The notes under the pieces were generated by a model. The model had not been told where the DNA came from, did no database searches, and saw only the letters and a list, made by a program, of their open reading frames with translations. Below are positions 29,645-35,186 of a stretch of DNA of 35,186 bases, piece after piece (the stretch's first letter is position 1; every line of letters starts with the position of its first letter). Origin of the DNA: Barthelona sp. PAP020 (lineage: Eukaryota); the NCBI GenBank assembly GCA_040182905.1, contig JARQWU010000093.1, forward strand, positions 1-35,186, written 5' to 3'. Made by a program: the position numbers and the translations under genes.

Positions 29645-31219
29645 ATGAACTTTCCAAAAACATATAATGAAGAAAAGAAAATGTTTCATCATTTAATTGA
29701 AGAATATGAAGAATTTTTTAATTATGTTCAATTTGGAACAGATTTTATCAAAACCGATCTGTCTTCTTTGTTATATCCTATTTTTATACATATATGTCGT
29801 AACTTTATCCATGAAAATAACAAAACTGAATATGATTTAGCGTTGTTTAACAATTTTTTGAAAAAGAAAACAGTATTCTTTATTAATGATCACACTAAGG
29901 AATTATTAATGTTTATAGAAACATTAACAAAGAGTTTAAATCCAACATTAATGCAAAGCAGACATAATATTTTGAGTGATAGCTATCAACAAGAAATTGA
30001 TGAAACCACAAAACAATGTATAGATTACTTCTGTAAAGAACGTGAACTTTCGTATCTTCGAAATATTATTGTCGAAATTGGTTTTGATGATACAAGTAAG
30101 TTGAGTGATGCAAGCCATTTGCCAAAAAACATAAATACTGGATATAAGGTAGAAGAATTGAATCAAAAAAAATCAGTTAGTTTTAATCCAAATTCTGTGT
30201 TTATTAGCACATTGGAGGAAAATGCTAATGACGTAAATGATTTAAAAAGGGTGTTCAATGCTTTAACATATGCAGTAGCATGTTTTCCTTCATATGTTAC
30301 TGTGCAAACTGTTGATTTAGCTGGACAAAATCTATTTGTTGGGACTTATCGAGGAACATGCAAATGGTATAATTTGAAAACTAAAGAAATAATCAATCTT
30401 TATGGCCATGTTGGTCCAATTACTGCTATTGAAGTTTCAAAGGATGGAAGACATATGGCCACCGCCAGTTATGATAACCGCTTAATAATTTGGAAGTTTG
30501 AGAATAATAATTTCATAATTTTGCGAGAAATAACTTTTGAAACTCCCATACTCTCCATTGAATTCACAGAGGATCATCATTTGATTTGTTCAAATCTGAA
30601 TTGTTTCATCTATATCTATGATTTGGAGGAATGGAATGAAATAGCTGTTACTAATACTCTCTTCGCTACCCCAGAAATTGTAAAAGCACATCCATCGGGA
30701 CTTAGCAGATATCTGTTTGTTGCTACAACCACAAACACAATCAAATGTTATAAGTTTGATGAAAGTAACTCAATTAATACATTTGTTCAATCGTTTGTTT
30801 TGCCTGAAAATGTGGGGGTTATCACATCAATGGAAATTGCTCCAAATGGGTTGATATTGGCTGTAGGTACTTCTTTTGGATATATGATCATCTTTAATCT
30901 TGAAACAAAAGAAATTGACTTTAATCTACAAATATTTGACAAACATCATGTTACTTCCATCAGTTTTAATAGTCTTACTAACGTTATTGCATTAGGTTCC
31001 ACAAATTCATTGGTCAAATCATTCAAAATCGTTACTGGAAAAAAGAATTCCTTTGAACCCCTTATTCAAATTCCCACAAAAAATTTGACCATCACTTGTT
31101 TGAAATTTTTGGCAAACGATACATTAGGAATAGTTGCAAAAACTAATGATGTGACTCATCTCGAAAATAGCAATCAATTTAAGGTTGTGGATGAAAATAC
31201 AACAGATATTGAACAGTAA
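29645..31219 (+). CDS. TAF5: TAF5/TAF5L-like protein (TFIID NTD2 + WD40 propeller)
   Basis: KTDLSSLLYPIFIHI matches the TAF5 NTD2 motif (EL..LLYP.FVH). WD40 repeats follow, e.g. LYGHVGPITAIEVSKDGRHMATASYDNRLIIWK and ITSMEIAPNGLILAVG. Confidence 0.65.
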   Translation: MNFPKTYNEEKKMFHHLIEEYEEFFNYVQFGTDFIKTDLSSLLYPIFIHICRNFIHENNKTEYDLALFNNFLKKKTVFFINDHTKELLMFIETLTKSLNPTLMQSRHNILSDSYQQEIDETTKQCIDYFCKERELSYLRNIIVEIGFDDTSKLSDASHLPKNINTGYKVEELNQKKSVSFNPNSVFISTLEENANDVNDLKRVFNALTYAVACFPSYVTVQTVDLAGQNLFVGTYRGTCKWYNLKTKEIINLYGHVGPITAIEVSKDGRHMATASYDNRLIIWKFENNNFIILREITFETPILSIEFTEDHHLICSNLNCFIYIYDLEEWNEIAVTNTLFATPEIVKAHPSGLSRYLFVATTTNTIKCYKFDESNSINTFVQSFVLPENVGVITSMEIAPNGLILAVGTSFGYMIIFNLETKEIDFNLQIFDKHHVTSISFNSLTNVIALGSTNSLVKSFKIVTGKKNSFEPLIQIPTKNLTITCLKFLANDTLGIVAKTNDVTHLENSNQFKVVDENTTDIEQ

Positions 31220-31573
31220 ATTGTGCCTGCTTTTTCTTTTTTGTGATTTTACAAGACACGAATAACCGTTTGCATCGTCCAATATTATAATGTTCATGGT
31301 AAAGGGAAAGAAGTTCATGCAAAAACCAATATTATTGTCTTTAAGGTTACTGCTTACAATTTCTGATGTCAATGAAGACCAACATTGAAAAGCCCAAGCA
31401 AGAATAAGGAATCATAAGAATTCTAAGATTAAAGATGGAGGCAAATCAAACAGTTTAACAATAAATATCAAAGTTTTGAAAAAGAAAAAACGTGGAGACA
31501 TTTAAAGTAAATCAAGGGGCTAAAGGAAAGTGTTACACTTTTTTTTAAACACCTGCTCCATCTAAACTGGAAG

Positions 31574-31680
31574 CATTTCTTCTTTTTTTTAAGAGTGTTC
31601 TAAACCATCCACTCAAAATGACTCAGTTGCAAGACTCCCAAAACTCCAACCAAGAAAAAGAATAATTAAGGTCTTTAATG
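31574..31680 (+). repeat. ~105-bp direct repeat, copy 1
   Basis: tttaagagtgttctaaaccatccactcaaaatgactcagttgcaagactcccaaaactccaacc aligns with 34890-34990 (offset ~3314). Confidence 0.85.
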
Positions 31681-31844
31681 ATTTTTAAGCTGAAACATCG
31701 AAATTTCTAATATCTGAACGTCTGAACACATCCAACTCAAAAGTGTTTTATAACTCGCACGAAAAGAAAGTGACAGTTTACACTAAAAGTCAATCAATTT
31801 GGAAAGGATATTTACCCAGTTTTGAAAGAAAAATTTCCCCGAAC

Positions 31845-32002
31845 TTTCAAAAGTTTTGATTGATTATCTTTTATTTATCTGAGCATTGGTTCAGTTCAGA
31901 ATTATATTTTTTTATGTACAAGAGTGAAAGAAGGATCAAGCTGCCAACTTCTCAGCCACAACCCCTACATCTAAGAATTGGATATAAACGGTTCAGAATT
32001 TA
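31845..32002 (-). repeat. Dispersed non-coding repeat, copy 2, starting ~55 bp downstream of the ankyrin C stop
   Basis: Reverse complement aligns with 130-330. Confidence 0.85.
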
Positions 32003-32056
32003 ATGCAATAAATAACCAAAAAGAAACGTGTTCCTCAAAAATTTACCTGGTTAAAC

Positions 32057-33928
32057 TTAATCATCATCACTTTCATCAGCATTTTCATCAATGTATTGAT
32101 GCATATTGCCACCATTCCTTTTATTAATGTCAACCAAATCCCAACATTTATTAATAACTAAGTCAAAGTCCATTTGATTCATATACACACCGGAAGTAAC
32201 AAATTTTCGTATTAGAGAACTTTTTGCCTTCACTAAAACAAGTGTTGAAATGAGATATCCTTGATTTTTGACCAATTCAATCAGTTGAGATTGAGAAACG
32301 TGACAAAATGTCACATCAATTTCTCCTTCAGTTGATGGCTCTCCAAAATTTGCAACATTAATATATAATTTTTCAGAAGATTCTTTGTGCGCATCCCACA
32401 AATCAGAGGGCATATAATATCTGTTGAAAAATATATACATGTCGAATCCATTAACATTAATTTCTGGATGATCTAAAAGCATCATAGCAATATCCAAATG
32501 GCCATGATAGGCACTGATAGAAAATGGAGAATGACTCTTAGAACCACGCTTATTAACATCAGCACCATGGTCCAACAACATTTTGATGATATCAAGATGT
32601 CCTTGTTTGCAACTGATGTACAAGGGAGAAAATCCAAGGAAACATAAGCCAACATCAGCTCCATGAGACAAAAAATATTTGACGATTTCAAAATGACCCA
32701 ATCTACAAGCAATATACAATGAAGAAGCACCATTACTATTGCATGAATTGACATCTGCACCCATTTCTAGAAGGGTTTTGACAAAATCAAGATTATTTTC
32801 TTGACAACAAGCAAACAGTGGAGATTTTCCCAAATTGAGATCAATATCATAATTCTTCAACAAAAAGGCTGCCATATCAAATAAATGTTTTGAAATACAC
32901 CAACAGAATGGAGAAATACCTTTTGTATCACATACGTTCACATCAGCACCATACTTTAATAAGAGATGAATGATATCAAAATGGCCGCCCTGGCAACTAA
33001 CACATAATGGAGAAAACATATTGTCACCACTTACATTAACATCAGCACCATGGTCCAATAATTTTTCGGTAATGTCAAGATATCCGTGTTTACAACAACA
33101 ATATAATGGAGAATATCCTTTGAAACATGAGTTAACATCAACATCATAATCTAAAAGCAACTCTGTAATGTCTAAATGCTTTCTTACAATGCTAATATAC
33201 AAGGGAGTAACTCCATTGTTACTATGTATGTTAACATCAGCACCATGTATTAAAAGACATTTAACAATTTCAAAATGACCCAATTCACAGGCAATATACA
33301 ATGAAGAAGCACTATTTTTGTCGCACCAATTGACGTTAGCACCATTTTCCAAAAGAATTTTGACAAAATCAAGATTGTTTTCTTGACAACAAACAAAGAG
33401 TGGAGAATCTCCCAAATTGATATTGACATCATAATTGTTCAATAAAAAGGTTGCCATGTCAAAAAAATTCCTTTGAACGCAGCAATAAAAGGGAGATCTA
33501 CCAGTCTTATCGCATAAATTCACATTTGCACCATATTTCAAAAGCAGTTTTGCTGTATCAAAATGACCATTCTGACAACTAACATATAGTGCTGAAGACT
33601 TATTTTTGGAGCTGGTATTGACATCTGCACCAAAATCCAATAAAAACTGAACAATCTTAATATGTCCATTAAAAGCACCAATCCAAAGAGATGACCTTCC
33701 TCCTTTGTCACATTTATTAACATCAACACTTGCTTTAACACATTGTTGAACAACTTCAAAATTCCCATCAGCAGCAGCTCGATATATTTTCTTTGGTTCA
33801 CCGTTTTCTTCATATCCATCCACATCAAAATCATCAGAAATAACAATTTGGTCCATATTATACTTTAAATATGGGTCGATATGATCAAAATCAACATCAT
33901 TCACAACAGCACTTCTTTGAGTTACCAT
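32057..33928 (-). CDS. Ankyrin-repeat protein C (14 repeats), diverged family member
   Basis: Same N-cap (DPYLKYNMDQIV..D.FDVDG.E.NG.PKKIY) and same C-terminal domain (CWDLVDINKRNGGNMHQYID...DDD) as A and B. Confidence 0.95.
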   Translation of the reverse strand: MVTQRSAVVNDVDFDHIDPYLKYNMDQIVISDDFDVDGYEENGEPKKIYRAAADGNFEVVQQCVKASVDVNKCDKGGRSSLWIGAFNGHIKIVQFLLDFGADVNTSSKNKSSALYVSCQNGHFDTAKLLLKYGANVNLCDKTGRSPFYCCVQRNFFDMATFLLNNYDVNINLGDSPLFVCCQENNLDFVKILLENGANVNWCDKNSASSLYIACELGHFEIVKCLLIHGADVNIHSNNGVTPLYISIVRKHLDITELLLDYDVDVNSCFKGYSPLYCCCKHGYLDITEKLLDHGADVNVSGDNMFSPLCVSCQGGHFDIIHLLLKYGADVNVCDTKGISPFCWCISKHLFDMAAFLLKNYDIDLNLGKSPLFACCQENNLDFVKTLLEMGADVNSCNSNGASSLYIACRLGHFEIVKYFLSHGADVGLCFLGFSPLYISCKQGHLDIIKMLLDHGADVNKRGSKSHSPFSISAYHGHLDIAMMLLDHPEINVNGFDMYIFFNRYYMPSDLWDAHKESSEKLYINVANFGEPSTEGEIDVTFCHVSQSQLIELVKNQGYLISTLVLVKAKSSLIRKFVTSGVYMNQMDFDLVINKCWDLVDINKRNGGNMHQYIDENADESDDD

Positions 33929-34257
33929 GTTCTTTTTTAAACAACGAGTAATTAACTTCGAAGATCAAAGCTTTGTTTGGAGCTATTTTCAAAAAGAAAA
34001 ATTTGTTAAATTAGTTTTCTTGAAAAATCATATAAAGTGTAACAAATCAAAATCAATAAAAGCAATGTGTTATCCATTGAATTGAAAAATCAAATAAAAT
34101 AATTTACAATAACAAAAGTGAAGTGAATCAACTTATTGTTGAAAAATGCAAATAAAATGATTGAAAAATTGGAGCAAAAATAAAAATAAATGGCTGTTAT
34201 TTTTACTTGAGTTGATGTATGTAGGTTAAAAGGATGAAATAGAGGAGAAAAACAATT

Positions 34258-34887
34258 TTTTCCATACTTTCTTTTGTAATTGACAAAAGCAATGTCATAC
34301 AAATTGGAGGAATGTCTTCTGATTGTATGTTTGATTGTGAATATTCAATGGATGGTAAAAAGGTAATGGTTATATATGGAAGCAAGCAATGTTTATGTGT
34401 TTAACATTAATCCAAAAAAAAACTAAGTCACACCTTCTCTTTTTAATCCCTGTCATTTGATTGTTACGTTTGATGATGGTTGTTTAATGTAATACAATAT
34501 GGAAAATTTTCAGGAGATTCAAAGGATTAGCTATGGATGTGATGGATGCAATATTTTTCCTTTGCAATATCTCCCAATATGAGATGGTTAGCATGTGGAA
34601 AATGTCCCAATAACACAAAAAAGATGTTTTCAATAGTTTCTCAATGTGACTCTTCCCATTATTTCTAAAATAATTGAATTATCAAAGGATGCTAGATATG
34701 TTGTCCAATCTAATTGCGATGAAAGTCGACACTCAGTATTTGCCTAAATAGAGAGGAGTTTGACATGATAGTTGATCTTTGGGGTTTAATTGACTTTGAT
34801 GAGGATAATGGGGGTGATATATACAGTTTTGTGGGTATTCAAATCAATAGAAACAATGATGATGATTGTAGCATGTTAATGTCATAA
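34258..34887 (+). pseudogene. Decayed WD40-like gene ending in the shared C-terminal domain
   Basis: Across frameshifts and stops it reads CEYSMDGKKVMVIYGS/SNVYVFNINP, then LIVTFDDGCLM*YNMENFQEIQR, PNMRWLACGKCPNNTKKMFSIV, SKIIELSKDARY/LSNLIAMKVDT and ICLNREEFDMIVDLWGLIDFDEDNGGDIYSF...NDDD. The 5' boundary is uncertain. Confidence 0.75.
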
Positions 34888-34889
34888 AG

Positions 34890-34990
34890 TATTTCTTTCT
34901 TTTTAAGAGTGTTCTGAACCACACACTCAAAACAACTCAGTTGCAAACACTCTCAAACTGTAACCGAGAACAATAAAGACCTTTATAAAC
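34890..34990 (+). repeat. ~100-bp direct repeat, copy 2
   Basis: tttaagagtgttctgaaccacacactcaaaacaactcagttgcaaacactctcaaactgtaacc; begins immediately after the pseudogene 3' end. Confidence 0.85.
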
Positions 34991-35186
34991 ATTTATTATT
35001 ATTGTCGTGTGAATTTCCTTAATCAAATTTTCTATCCAAAGTTATTGAAGTCATTTCTTTTTTTTTTAGGGATTCAATATCATCCAATCTTTCAATCAGA
35101 ACTAAGTCATTTCAAACAGCCAGGATTCAAATTCAAGGCTTTCCCAACTACTCATTTCAATAACACACCGTATATAAAAGCTTTCG

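Noticed and set aside
1386..33846. Numerous short antisense or alternate-frame ORFs (e.g. 10334-10948, 14855-15658, 17875-18354, 17885-18337, 33538-33846)
   Set aside because: They lie inside longer, well-supported CDSs and have no independent motifs. Their periodicity simply mirrors the ankyrin repeats.
1..35186. Alternative genetic code, tRNA or rRNA genes, prokaryotic or viral origin
   Set aside because: All three stops terminate conserved genes at expected positions, no cloverleaf or rRNA motifs were seen, and Nup188, SNARE, WASP and Cactin indicate a nuclear genome.
35000..35186. Possible minus-strand coding remnant at the window end (VIEMSSWESLEFESWLFEMT)
   Set aside because: Short, interrupted by stops, truncated by the window and not recognisable.

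Overview
AT-rich, gene-dense DNA from a microbial eukaryote using the standard genetic code (TAA, TAG and TGA all act as stops). No introns are needed for any gene. Tightly packed core genes encode a CCDC162-like giant coiled-coil protein, a GT92/GT2-like glycosyltransferase, WASP, a FERM-C/PH-like protein, a PACS-like protein, an AEC/PIN-like transporter, Nup188, syntaxin-6/Tlg1, a minimal Cactin and a TAF5-like protein. These alternate with repeat-rich accessory islands at about 1-0.95 kb, 15.9-23.4 kb and 31.2-35.2 kb. The islands hold three intact ankyrin-repeat genes with conserved end caps and hypervariable, shuffled repeats, plus two decayed WD40-like genes on the opposite strand. All five end in the same unrecognised ~80-aa domain (LIEL.KN...G..MNQ..F......CWDL.DINE.NGGNM) followed by an acidic tail. 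This modular 'variable repeat + constant C-terminal box' family is the best candidate for an undescribed system. The islands also contain dispersed non-coding repeats and faint Merlin/ISXO2-like transposase traces. All family assignments are by-eye motif recognition, not database searches.
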